Positions 39,949 to 53,585 of a DNA stretch of 64,000 bases are shown here, in pieces. The notes under the pieces were generated by a model. That model had not been told where the DNA came from and did not search any database. It saw only the letters and a program-made list of their open reading frames with translations. Within the stretch, counting starts at the first letter, position 1. Each line of letters begins with the position of its first letter. The stretch comes from Paramecium tetraurelia (taxonomy: Eukaryota), in NCBI GenBank assembly GCA_000165425.1, contig CT868152.1:124001-188000 (forward strand), in the 5' to 3' direction. Both the position numbers and the translations under genes were made by a program.

Positions 39949-41088
39949 TCATCTTCCAGACCAAGAAGCAACTTATTTCTTGAACATTATGATTACTTCA
40001 TCAAGGATAGCATTTTCTTCTTATCTCTTTGCTTTGGCCTCAGCATAATCTGCTCTCTTTGATTCTAAATCAGCTTGAGCTTAATCGAGGGCATCTTGTG
40101 ATTCTTGTAAGATAATCTTTGATTTAGCTTATTAAGCCAAAGCAGCTTAAATTTACTAACTTAAATTAATGAATTACAGTAGCAGTTCTGTCAGCAAACA
40201 CTTATTTTCTTTCATATTCAACTTCCAATGATGAGATTTCAGCTTCTGACAATGAGACCCAACCAGCTAATTCCCATGAGGCATTAATTTCATTTTATTT
40301 CAAGTTCTCTAATGATGCAGACAATTCAGCTTCTAATCCTTCGAGGACTGCCAATACCTTTTCAGCTAAAGTTTATCCTCCAGTTGATGCTGTTTCCTTT
40401 GAATTGATATTTAATAATCTTACTTCTTATGAGTTAGCCAAAGCCAAAAATGATTTGATTTAGTGATCTTAGAATAGATTACTGTATTATTTTAATTTTT
40501 CAGCCACAGATTATGCTTTAACTTATGTGAATTCAAAAGAGTCACCATTAATGATGTAACCAGCAACGTCTTATTTCAAAAGTCTGATAACTTCAAGGGC
40601 TTCTTAGTTATGCTTGATTGATTTAACAAAGAGTTAATTGCTAAAGCATTGATTATCTTAAAGAGCGTCAATCTTTCTTGCAATTTCATCTCTTCTTGCT
40701 TCATTCCAAGCCAAATAATTTTTAGTTTATTTAAGCACCTCTTCATAGTTAGCTCTATTCTCGATGGCTTGATTGAAGAGTTTTTGATTAAGACTTTTGA
40801 TCTTTGTGAATTATTCAATTGTCCTAATTCATTAACATTATATTTACTAAGCGCCAACCCATTCATCTGTTTCATTCTTTTGATCTGCAGCAAATTAAGC
40901 ATCAATATTCGATTGTTTCAAATCATTGAGTAACCCAAAAACTGTATCAATAGCATCACTTGCTTTTGTTCCTGTCTATTATTTTTAATGATAATCACTA
41001 CCTATAATAAGGCAAGGATTTAATCTTGTGTTTTTGAACCATAAGTTGTTGCTGCCAAAGCAAATAACACAACAATAATGAATTTCAT
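39949..41088 (-). CDS. trichocyst matrix protein (TMP) precursor
   Basis: Signal peptide MKFIIVVLFALAATTYG; acidic helical coiled coil with two pseudo-repeated halves (AIDTVFGLLNDL / AEKVLAVLEGLE); C-terminal REEENAILDEV-type motif. Confidence 0.85.
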
Positions 41089-41208
41089 TTAATAATTATT
41101 CAAAAACGTGCTCTAATAAAAACGATAAAAACTTATAAAAATGTATCCTTCATCCTGCTCTTAATACAAATTTTAATAATTATAATTCAATATTCATTCC
41201 TTTACTCT

Positions 41209-42710
41209 TCATTAAAATTGATTATCCCTAAATGAACTTCCATCAACTTAGGATTTGCTCTATAAATAGAATAAATAATATACATGACCAAGTTGTGATT
41301 TCCAATTTGTAGGTGGCACTCCTTGATTCATTTTAGAGAACAATATTCTCAATAGCTTTTCTTTTTCTTCTAAATCCAAATCATTTATATCAACCTTATT
41401 AGATTCGAGACTTTAAGATTTTTATGATATTTCTGGCAAACGACTATTTTTCTAATTTTTATTTTTCTTGTTTATTTCATTTTTCACTTAATCGATGGCT
41501 TAAAGGAAAAATTACTCAATATCAGATCGTTAATCTAGAATCATTTAACCCAAAGCCTTAACTGTTTTCAATTCCTTTGTTCTTTGATCGAGCAAATGTC
41601 TCAAATTACGCAGTTGCATTTCCAACTCTTAGACTTTGGTATTGCTTTAGTGTTTCATAATTTCAATTTCTTTTGTTTATTTAGTCACTTCCTAAGAAAT
41701 TTTCAAATAAGTATTTACATTTGCGATGTATGTCTTAAGATACTCTATCTTCTCCTTCAACTATTTAATCTTAATAATTTATTAATGATTTAACATTTAA
41801 TATCTAATTTGAAATAAATGCTTACTCTTTAGCTTATTCTTCTTTAATACTTAAATTTAATTTGTAATTGATATTTTCTTATTAAAACGTTTCTTTTTCC
41901 TTTTGGTATATAGATAGAGTTCTTTCATATTCTTGTAATTCGCTTTTAATCTTTTCATTTTCTTTTAGTATGCCATCATACTTAGCAGCTACTTTTTCTT
42001 CTGCTAATTTATTGGCATTCCTTTGCACATCTTCAATCTTAGCATTATTGACATTTGTTAGATTCTAAGTTTATTTTAGGAAGTTTTTGTTGGCTTTGCT
42101 TTGTTCATCTAAATGCGCATAATCTTTTTTATTCATCTCCTCCTTCAAATCATGGATTTCTCTAATCATATATTCTTTTTCTTCCTAATTTCTGTACATT
42201 CAATACCTTAAATGAACTCAACTTTTTCAATTCTTCATTGATTCTCTACAACTCATCCTTATGTCTCATTTCTAGATCTGCCTTTTCTTTTTCCAATTCT
42301 ATTATAAATATGTAACTGAATTACATCGGATTTTTTCGTCCTTCCTCTAAATAGTAGATTCAATTTCTTCAGTTGTTTATTTTTTCAGGTCGTCATATTA
42401 CTGTAAAAGAGCATTATAATCACTTTCTTTTCTGTTGATATCTGATTCCATCTTGAGAGTTAGAGCGAGCTTTACTATACGCTTAAATTCTTTACATTTT
42501 ATTCATTTATTGTTCTTATGGTCTCATTCAAATCGTATACCTTTTTCTATAACTCCTCAATTCTATCCTTCAGAACCTATATATCGATTAACAGATTAGA
42601 ATGATCTCTATTATTTAATAATACCAAAATAAATACAATTTCTCAAGTGCCTTCTTTTCTGCTTCTGTGAATTCAACTACTTCCTGCTGTTATTTTTTTT
42701 TAGGTGGCAT
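41209..42710 (-). CDS. basal-body orientation factor 1 (BBOF1/CCDC176)-like coiled-coil protein
   Basis: MPPKKK start; KALGQMILDQRSDIEQFFLQAIDQVK and KVDINDLDLEEKEKLLRILFSKMN resemble the conserved BBOF1 C-terminal blocks as I recall them. Confidence 0.7.
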
Positions 42711-42860
42711 TTAAAATAATTATAATTAATAAATAAAAATTAGTCCTGCTCGTATGATTTTGATGACTATCATATGTTCCAACTGAAAATACCAATTTAA
42801 TAGACACCAATCTCACTTTATTCTTTCAATATTAAAATAAAAGCAAATAAATTTATAATT

Positions 42861-45297
42861 ATGATCAACAACAACTCTTTAATTTTGGAGTACCACTTAT
42901 ATGATACCATTTAGTTGCTTAAGAATAATAAATACAAAAAATTTATCAATTTAAGCAGAAAATTAGTTTGCAATCCTTATTTGGCAAATGATACATTTTA
43001 CATTCAATTAAATATCTAACTAATAAGGAGATTACTGTATTGTCAACTCAAAGTCATCAAGAAATATTTGTTGAATTTTAGTTCGAAACAATAAACTATT
43101 TAAGAAGTTTTAATAACTTGCATGAGTTTGTGTTAAAATTATTAAATTTTGCTTAATAAATATGAGACTTCTTTTGATGAGAAACAGATCAAGGAAACAC
43201 AGATATCTAGAAAACTTAAATTCTTAAATGAATCAAATAAATTAACAATCAAATAATTTGCAAATTAATTTGATAAACTAGAACCAGACACCAAATCAAC
43301 AATTTGGATTAAATATTAATGGTAGCAGCTCTTTTATTATTTTTAAAAGACCTTACTCTTTGATTATCTATATTGCAAGATGTCTTTATTAAAAGAGGCT
43401 TCACATTTTCTGTTCAAGCTCCAAAAGTTAAAGCCTATCTCGACATTTTAATCTTAATTTTTATATTTTGAAATTCTAACATTAAAGAATTCTGCCTAAT
43501 TTGAATTATCCAACACCACAACCAATGATGTATTAGAGCATGGATTTCAAATGTTATTAAACTCTTTAAAGGAATACCATAAGCCAAAATCAGATTTAAT
43601 TAATATATAAAAGTAATTGATAAAAGTAACAACAACAATATTGATTAATTTAGATATCTAGAGTAAATCACAAGAAATCAATGATAACCATTTGGATTGT
43701 ATTCAATCTTTGAATTTGGCTCACTTTTTAGCCTCTCAAATTTTGAAACCTTTGAAAGTAAAGGCTGAATTTATTGAGTACATAGACTCAGAATTTGAAT
43801 TTACAAATGAAAAATTCGAGTAAATTTTATTGGAAGAATAGGATCTTACTAAATTTACTTAATTTCTTTATGGACATCATGTCAATTAAAAATAGAATAC
43901 AAAAATTATAGGCAATTCAAAACTCTAAGAAATGATTAAATCAAAACTCTAATAAAATGCATAGTTTTAAAAAGGCTTTAAAACGGTTAATAGTAATCAA
44001 TGTATGTATGTTTCACACAGTCAAGATAAGCTGACAATGCAAGATTACTTACCTATTAAAATAAAATCGTATCATCACAAGGATTCAACTGCTTTTTCAA
44101 ATCCTTATTCTTAAACTTCTATAAATCATACCATCTAAATGAATACACTTACTAAGGAATCCCCTTCAACAAAAAGAGAAAGGATAAACCAAAATGCTCA
44201 TCCAAGTAGTTTCTTAAGTTTAAATAATGTGTCGGTTGTCAAGTAAAATCAAGAATAGCCTAAAAAACGTCATGTCTCAGTAAAATGTAAAAGAGTCAAT
44301 ACAAACTCAGATCATAAGAATAGTTACTTGAGTTAGTTGATTAATTTAAGATAAAAATCTAGTTTAACAATAAGAGACGAAATGAATGAATTAGAGAAAA
44401 ATCATCAAAAATTATTAAACTAATTGAATAATCAATAGAAATCAACTAAAGTATCAACAATAGACGAATTCTTTAATAAAAAAATTGAAGCAATTGCATT
44501 TGAAGAGTGTCTGACTTTAGATCAAATTAAGGATACTGCAAAGAAGATCATTTAGACTGAATGGGAAATTCATAAGGAGATGCCAGTAACGAAAAGTTTG
44601 ATGAAATCTATATCGGCATCTGACATCCAAAATGAACAGAAATAGGCAGCATACAATAAACTTTAAGAGTATAGAGAAATATAAAATGTGGATTATTACA
44701 ATACAGAGAAGGATCGAGCATAAGATTAAATGTAATAAACAAAAGAAGTTAGAAAACTCAAAATGAATTAATAAAGATTTTCAATGAAACATAGAAGTAG
44801 CTAATAAAGTTTATTTAATTCTCAATAGATAAAATCTTTAGTTTTAAAAGATACTAAGATTTAAGAATAATTTAGTTAGTAGATCTTATAATAATAAAAT
44901 TCAACTGATTAGAGGATTGAAGCCAAGGTGTCACCTAGGTTATCAAGAAAAAATAATTCCATGTTGTATAATTCAAATTTAGAGTAGGATAATCGTTAAA
45001 AGGGGTTTACTTTAGTAAAGGGATAGTTGATAGATTTAATGATAAAAAATCTTGAATATAGAGATGAATTAAACACTCAAGAGAAAGAATTAAAATAAGT
45101 AATAATTTTTAGAGTATTAATAGTTTGTATTACCTAGACAATTCAGAACAAAGGCGATATCTCCATAAGGTGGTGAATTCTCACTGAAATCTCAGAATAT
45201 GAGCGATTTCAAATCGTTTGCTTATAGTACGAATTCTACTTAGATTACATAGCAGAATTTGGAAAATAAATTACATAAGACACAAAAATAAGGATGA
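42861..45297 (+). CDS. large hypothetical protein
   Basis: Long code-6 ORF with few short introns; TGA at 45295-45297. Confidence 0.65.
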
Positions 45298-45393
45298 GGC
45301 TTTTATTTAAGATTATATTATTTGTAAAATCGAAATATGTTAAATATAACATTATTTATTATTTTAATCAATAATATATAAAATATAGTTAAT

Positions 45394-46572
45394 ATGAGTC
45401 AAAGTATTATGAATGAGATATTTAAATTAGTATTGATTTATATTGATTAGGTATGTTTTGATGGTGTTTAACAAAAGAAATGGTCATAATGTAAAGATTT
45501 AGATAGTTAACTTTAATTTATTAGAGATGCAATTCCTTAAAAAATAAATGAGGCAACTAAAAATTATGATTATGAAGCCTTAGAAAAATAAGTTTAAAAA
45601 TATGAACACGAGATTCGTAAACACATAAGAGTAAGGTGTTCATTTTAATTTGAATTAGATGGAATAATAAATAAAACTATATGCTGAATCGTTATAATAA
45701 AAATTAGAAGAACAAGAAGGTATTAATGACTGTTTGAGCAATACGAAGCAATTAGTGAATGTAATTATTCCTAATTTCTAGTCTTTAAAAAAAGAGAATC
45801 AATAATTGATTGAATAAGTTAAACGATTGTAAAGTGAAAATTACATGCTAAAAACTAAACTTATGGACGTCAACGAAAGAATAAACAGCCATCAAACATC
45901 ACCTATATATGATAAAACAAAAAATCAAGATTCCTATCATATCAAAGTAATAATCTAAAGTATATTAAGAATAGCTAAAGATATCAGACTATAGATTTTG
46001 TGGCACCAAAATAGAAATTGAATTAGAAGAACGTTGAGGATTACAGCAAACAATATGCTGAAGTTAAAACCTAAATAAGCAACACTATTGATAGTTCCAT
46101 TTTGAAAATGCTTTAAAACCGTAGGGATTCTTTGAAGTTGAATGACACTTATAAATCTTCAAGGGATTCTTCGACAATTGAAAAAAATGATTCGAATAAG
46201 ATTAAATCTTGTATCAATCAACAAAGAGCAGCAAGTTAATAATAGAAAACATAGCATAAATAAATGATGGACCAAAGTGTTTAATAAGTCAAAACCACAA
46301 CAGAAAATGTCAAATTCGATTTAAAAAACCAAAGCGATAACTTAAGGGCATTTTTGAATACTTAAAGTTTTCTTTGTAACAAGAAGAGTAAAACCAATTC
46401 CAGGCCTGAAAATAGATACAACAAAAGTCATAGCGAACATTAGAATGCTAACACAAATTAATAGGAAATATAAAAGTATTCATTAAATCATATATAAAGA
46501 TCGAATAAAATCCAAAAAGAGTATTTATAGTTTTCATAGAATTATTAAAAATATTTAGATAATTAGCTATGA
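45394..46572 (+). CDS. hypothetical coiled-coil protein
   Basis: EALEKQVQKYEHEIRKHIRMEQQIKLYAESLQQKLEE; several short introns; TGA at 46570-46572. Confidence 0.65.
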
Positions 46573-46717
46573 TATCAAAAATTTTCCATTTTTTTTTCAA
46601 GTATATTATTTAATAAATTGTTTTTAACTATTTGTTTAGGAGCATTTTGTTTACGAATTTCTCAAATTGTAATTAAACTCAAAATTAGTTATTATTTATT
46701 TTATAACCATATATAAA

Positions 46718-49700
46718 ATGGAGGAGGATTTTCAATGTAACATTTTATCCGATAACAGTTAAGATGATATTATATTGAAAAATAAATAAACTAATTAATT
46801 GACAATAGAAATTGAATAAAAAATATCATTAGCATAATAAGACTCATTAACAAAAAACAGCAAAATTTTGGATGATGAATTTGGAGTCGATATCATTTCA
46901 TAGGACAGTTGGAAAAGTATTCCCATTATAGATCCATAAATGAGTAATATGAATAACTAATCAGGATTAAAAAAATAAAATTAAACCTGTGATTTTAGAT
47001 AAACAATTCAATAAGAATAGAAAAAACCAGATATAACAAATCATTATCTAGAATAATAAGATGAATTTTCCAATTTTAATATTATGCCCTCAATAGAACC
47101 CAAAAAGTTTTCACATAAAAAAATAAAATAAAATATTTTATAAAAATCAAAAAGCAATAATAATGTGATTTAATAATTGAAATATATTGATAGTGATAAC
47201 ACAGATGAAGTGGATAGTGAAGATGATTAAAAAAACAAACCTTAAAATAATAATAATTAATTAAAGGATGAAATTTAAGATAAGAAATAGGAAGATTAAA
47301 TTAAAAGCAAAGAATAAAAATAAGCATGGTTATTAAAAAATAAAAGAAAAATACATGAAAATTAGGTTGATAAGAAAGATAATGAAATTTGGGATTTCTT
47401 GGAGATTGTAAAGGATGAGCCAAATTAACCTAACCTATTTGAATAAGGTTTATTTAAAAGGAGTGATTATGGTATTTAAACTACTATAGAATAACTTAAA
47501 TAACAAAAATTCAAAAAGGAACTGCACAAATCAGATTTAAAAAGACTATAACTTTCATCTACATTAATGATTCAGGAATAAAAGAAAAATGAAATTCTAG
47601 ACTCTACTTTTATGGAGTTATAAGCTCAAAATAATAATAATGGAATTGAAGATTTTTCTGATCCAAAAGATTTAAAATAAAATTTTGAAGTTAGCAATGT
47701 CTTTAATAAAAGAGTTGAATCATAAAAGGTAAATCCGTGTGTTTAGAAACATATTATCAAAAATACAGAAAATAATCTTATTGAATCTTTGAAAATTCCT
47801 TAATAATTGCAGGCATCAGATTAATTTTAATAAATTATTAAAGGTTCAAATATGAGAACAATGCATGACCATCAATCCCAAAAGAATCTTTAAAATTAAC
47901 CTCAATAAGTATTAAAAAAACCTAAAGGAAATGAAATTAATTTAATTTAATAAAATCAAAGTATTAAACAAGAGAAAAGGGACTTTATATAAAAATGTGA
48001 TGATCCTTCTATTAGGCGCGATAAAAATGTTGATAAATCTCTTAAATTATCTGGAAGGGATTACTCAAACAATTAGAAATAACAAAAATAGTAGGAAGTT
48101 AAACAATCAAATATGGAATAATAATTATAAAAGTAATAAAGGTAATAGGAAAGATTTAAAAATAATCTCCAAAATTTAGATGCACAATAACAATATTGTA
48201 GTTTAACAGATAGAGAAAAGGGAAGGATGAAAAATGATATATAATCACATACCTTAGATAATCTCTTAGGTTAAAGGGGAATTGAAGAGTTGTTAAATGA
48301 AGATAATAATGAGTTTAGATCAATCAAAGTAGAATAGAAGAAGACGGGTGAATCTAAAAGATTATCTAAATTTAAAATGATGTTAGAAAGCAATACAGGA
48401 CAATCATTTTAGACTGGAAGGCCTATTTTTGAATTTAATAGATTATTGAAGTATTTGTTTCTGAAAAATTATGAAATTCCAGATATAGCAGATTAAGAAT
48501 AAAAGATAATTCCGAATAGATTTGAAAGTGCATTAGAATACTGTAAAATTTTTGAATACTTATTTTTAAATGAGGCTTGTGCTTAAATGAAATAGGAGTT
48601 AATAGAATTTTTGAAAAAAATAGAAAAGACTACCAAATATCGCAAAGCACAAATAAAAATAGATGAAAATGATCATGAATCAGAAGGATCTATCTTTGTC
48701 ATGAGAGGACCTTAAACGATTTAATAAAAGGTACCTTAGGCAAAAAATAAATAGTAAACAGAATTAGAGGGAAATGATTAAGGCTATTAAGAAGATTAGC
48801 TATTTTGTTATGATAATATTAAAGATGGAGTTTGTGATTTAACTACTCACAAAAATTTTGTTGTCTTGATAACAAATAAACTAAAATTAAAGTTAAGATA
48901 GATTAATTAATTGCAAGGAGAAAATATGTGTTTTTTTGGTATTCTGATTGACCCATAAAAAGCCTAGTATTTGTAATAAATAAGAATTCAAACCTTTGTA
49001 AATAAATAAAATTTCAATGTAAATTAATGGCATAATGTATTTCTATTTCCATTTTCTAAACTTACTACTTTAATCCGTGAATATTAGATGATAACAAAGT
49101 TAAACTAAAAAACTCCTTTAGCAGGATTAATTTATAACCCCAGTACATAATAATAACAGATAGGTTCAGATATAGTAGGAAATGGAACAGATTAATTTAA
49201 AAATCAAATCTAAAATAAAGATTTGTTAGACTCCTTTTTTTAGTTAGTTGATGAAAAATACAATAAGAGCTAAGCAAATTCAATAAGAGAGATTATTTTA
49301 AAAGAAAAAGGAATATGTTTAGTATAAGGACCGGTATTTTTATATTATTTATTTTTTAGCCGGGTACAGGGAAAACGCATTTATTACTTGGACTATTGTC
49401 GGGTGCATATGAATATATGAAATTGACAAATAAATTTCCAAAAAAGAAAATATTAGTAATTACGTTAATTAATTTTAGATCTGTACACCATCTAATGCAG
49501 CAATAGATGAGATTATATTAAGAATAGTTTAAAAAGGAGGGTTATTCGATTCAAAAGGCAATTCTCGATAAGCGAATCTTATTCGAATTGGTTTACTTGA
49601 CGAAGAAAACATTCATTCTGAAATAATAAAGAAGGTTTCTTTGGAAGACTTAGCATAACACAAATTATTTTCATCTAAAAAATTTAATGCTGAGCAGGAT

Positions 49701-51367
49701 TAAAAAACTACTGCAGAATTAAGAATTGAATTATGCTAGATTTAGACTCATGTGAAGAAATTAGAAAAGAAATTGACTTAGCATGGCTTACCTTCTGATG
49801 AGAGAAAAATAATAAAGGAACAAATTATGTAATTTAATGATTTGAGAAAAACTAAGTAAGAGTACTTAGAGAAAACAAAGGATAGTAAAAGATTTCATAA
49901 AGAATTCTATAATTAATTTTGTGAAAAATTATTGAATGATGCTGAAATCATCTTTAGTACTCTAAGTTCTAGTGGGTCTGATAAATTATCTAAATACTTG
50001 GATTAAATAGAATTGTTGATAGTAGATGAAGCAGCCTAATGTACTGAACCTTCTAATATCATTCCTTTAAGATTAGGAATTAAAAAGATGATTTTGATTG
50101 GAGATCCTAAGCAGCTACCTGCTACAACATTTTCACCCGTTTCCCATTAAACATTATATAACAGGAGTCTATTTGAAAGGATTCTAGATAATAATGTTAA
50201 GCCTTATTTCTTAGATATATAATATAGAATGCACTCTGAAATCAGAATGTTTCCATCCGAGTATTTCTATTAGAATAAGTTAAAAGATCATGAATCAACA
50301 AATACAAGAAATTTACCATCAAAGTTCTTTAAAAATAGAGTTTTATTCTTAGATATACTTGATGGGTAAGAACAGAAGGATGGAACATCAAATATTAATG
50401 AATAAGAAGCAATAGTTATAGTTTAACTAATAAAATCAATAAAAGAAGAATTTCCAACTTAAACAATCGGTGTGATTTGTGCCTATAAATCATAAGTTAG
50501 ATACATAAAAACGTTGCTTAAATAGAAATTCTAGGATGAAAACATTTTTGATGAGAATACAATAAGTATCAATACTGTTGATTCATTTTAAGTATTTCTA
50601 CTATTCAATTATTAGGGTTAAGAAGAAGACATTATATTATTTAGTTGTGTTCGTTCTTCTCAAACAGGTGGAATAGGATTCTTGAATGATGGAAGAAGAA
50701 TGAATGTAGCTTTAACAAGAGCTAAAAATGCACTTTTTATACTTGGAAATGCTATTACTGTATAACTATTTAATTTATTTAGTTATCAAAAAGTAATTTG
50801 TGGAGATCGATGTTGAAAAATATATAATAAAGAAAGCTGTATCGAAGGATAGAATCCTATAATTTTTAATTTGAATAAATCTTGAAAGACCAATGGAATT
50901 AGAATAATAAAACACTGTCTCAAAAACTTATTTGGTATCTCAATCAAACATCTCAAGGAAACCATGAAAAATCAACATATACTATATCAGATTTCCAAAT
51001 TGAAGTTACTGGGAATCAAAAAACTAATCCAAATTAGAACCAAAAAATTATAAAGGATACAACTCAAGATGTCAAAAATTAATAAGAAAGTTCAATAAGT
51101 TATGACCATAACTATGGTGTAGATTGTAAAGAGAAAGAGAGAAGCACTTCAGAATATTAAATGTCTAAATTGGATATAAGGAATCAAAAAAGTCATAATA
51201 TTTAACATTAAATTAAAAATTCAAATAATATTAATAATAAATTTCATATTTCAAAAGATAAAAAAGTCTAACAAAAAAGAAAAGTTTAGGCAGATGTTTA
51301 GTGGTAGAAGAACGAGTATCCAAATTAAGAAGACTTTGATATAATAAAAAGTCTAGACTTTTTTTGA
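46718..51367 (+). CDS. Sen1/senataxin-like SF1B (UPF1-like) helicase
   Basis: [79 protein letters not shown] motifs; long low-complexity N-terminus. Confidence 0.92.
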
Positions 51368-51711
51368 TAAATGAATATATTTTCTTTATTATTACCTTAA
51401 CGCATTCTTGGAGTTCTTACCATTCAATAAATCTTAATGTTTCTATTAAATTATTTGAATTCATTTAAACACTATAATTTAAGTATCAATCAGATTATTA
51501 GTGTAATTTTTTTGACATTTGATAATCTAATTAGTAGAGGAGCATTTAGAAGAACAACTATTAAAAATAACTGATTTAATTTCAATATTAAGGAAAGCTA
51601 AAATATACTATAATTAAAATAGACTGTTCAAATTTTATTTTCTTTTAATAATAATACTAACACATTTAATTATAATAAAATATTAAAAACTATATCTTAT
51701 TTTTTATAATA

Positions 51712-53077
51712 ATGGAGTAGGTTTTATATTTTGAAATTGTGGGGACTTTTAATAAAATGGCTTAAAAGTTTTCTATAGATATTGTCCCAAATCTAGATGG
51801 TATTAGCATTGTACAAATATGTTTATATAATAATTATTAGATTTCTTCCACTGATTAGAAGTTATTTGAATTATCATTTTCTGATTAGAACATAAAATTC
51901 TAATGGGATGAATAAATTGAGCAACTAGCTTATCCCAATTTTGTTTTCTTATGGATAAAAAAGGAAACATATAAGATTTTTGGCAAGCCAGATAATCTAC
52001 AATGGTTATATGATTTATGTAAAGGAAAGTATCTATATTTATCAAAGGCCAGGGCTAAATTAAGAACATTTATCAATCAAAATGAAACAGGAATAGTAAG
52101 TATAGAATAGTTTATTCTAGATTTATAAATTAGATGAATAATGTAATTCATTTGAGTTATGTTTTGAGAAAATTATAAACTAGAAGCAACAGAAATATAA
52201 ATATGATTATGACATTCCAGAGGAAATAAAAATTCTTAAGTTAATTAATCAGAATAAATCTCCCTATTTAATAAGACTAGAAACTATTCAATACAATGGA
52301 AATGAATTTTCATATTGTTATAAAACAAATAGATCGGACACTCTGAAATCACTAATAAAAGAGTCTTAAAAATTGAAAATAAACTAAGTATTAGAAATTA
52401 TCAGATAACTGTTATATGGTATTTAAGTATTTTAATATCAGTTACTAGTTACTTTGAATAGATAAAGTTAGTACATAACTAGTTAGACTTCGAAAATGTT
52501 TAATATTCAAAGATCGACAATATAATTTAAATCACTAACTTTTCCAACTCATATTTGGAACAAAGCAATACATATATATTGTAATTAAATATATTATTTA
52601 AAGTAAAGCTTAGACAAGTGGTCATGCTTCTCCAGAAAGTTATTCTTTTTAATATCCTCTGACTACTGCAACCAACATTTACTAGGTTGGCATTTTATTT
52701 TATATAATGTACACAATATAATATCAATTAGGGTATTTGGGTAGAATCCTTTTGGGCATAATTAGGAAGAGATTTAGAAAAATAATTTAATTGGAAAATT
52801 TTCTATACCACAATTCAATGGATTAATAATGGGAAAACATAAAAAAATATTTGAGTAAATTTTTGAGATGATATCATCTATGATGTCTGTTCTCCCTAAA
52901 AACAGGTAGACTTCTTCATATTATCTCTCATCAAAAATATTTTCTCCAAATTTTTAATAAAAACTTTCAAAAATGGAATTAAGTCTGAGCTCTTACTAAA
53001 TACAAGAAGATGACACCATAAATGAAGAAAATAAGTTTCTTAATCCAATATATATTTTTAAGACAAAATTTTAATGA
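51712..53077 (+). CDS. PH-like domain + CAMK-like pseudokinase
   Basis: Kinase-like C-terminal part with degenerate motifs: HNQLDFENV for HRDxKxxN, NFS for DFG, GHASPE, NIYQVG. Confidence 0.7.
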
Positions 53078-53585
53078 TCTTTCTTAGAGCTAATGTGAAA
53101 TTCATACATAATTTAAATAAACCTTACATAAAATAATTATTAAATTTTTATATCAAAATTATTAGAATAATTAAATTTTCTTTAATTTATTAAAAATTCG
53201 AAACAGCCTTGAAAGCTGTTAGTTTTTCATGGTGTTAGAAATTCATAAATGGAGCATAAATTAATAGTTGTTTATGAATTTTCTTTAACAAAAAGTCATC
53301 GAATCAGTATGAAGGGTCAAACGATATCAAAATCGCTACTTTTTGCTATCAAAATTAAAACTATAAAAATGTGAAAATTTATTATAAATTTTCTTTATTC
53401 AAATAAGTAGAGTGAGTTGGTTTTTGAAGAAAATTGAATTTTCATAAATATCATGGCAACAAAGAGATTAAACTTCTTTGATATTATTGATGATTTATTT
53501 TGAAATAAAATATATTTAATTTTTTTATTTATAATTACATTCATCAATTAAAATTAATAATTCTAATTAAATATAAACATTAAAA

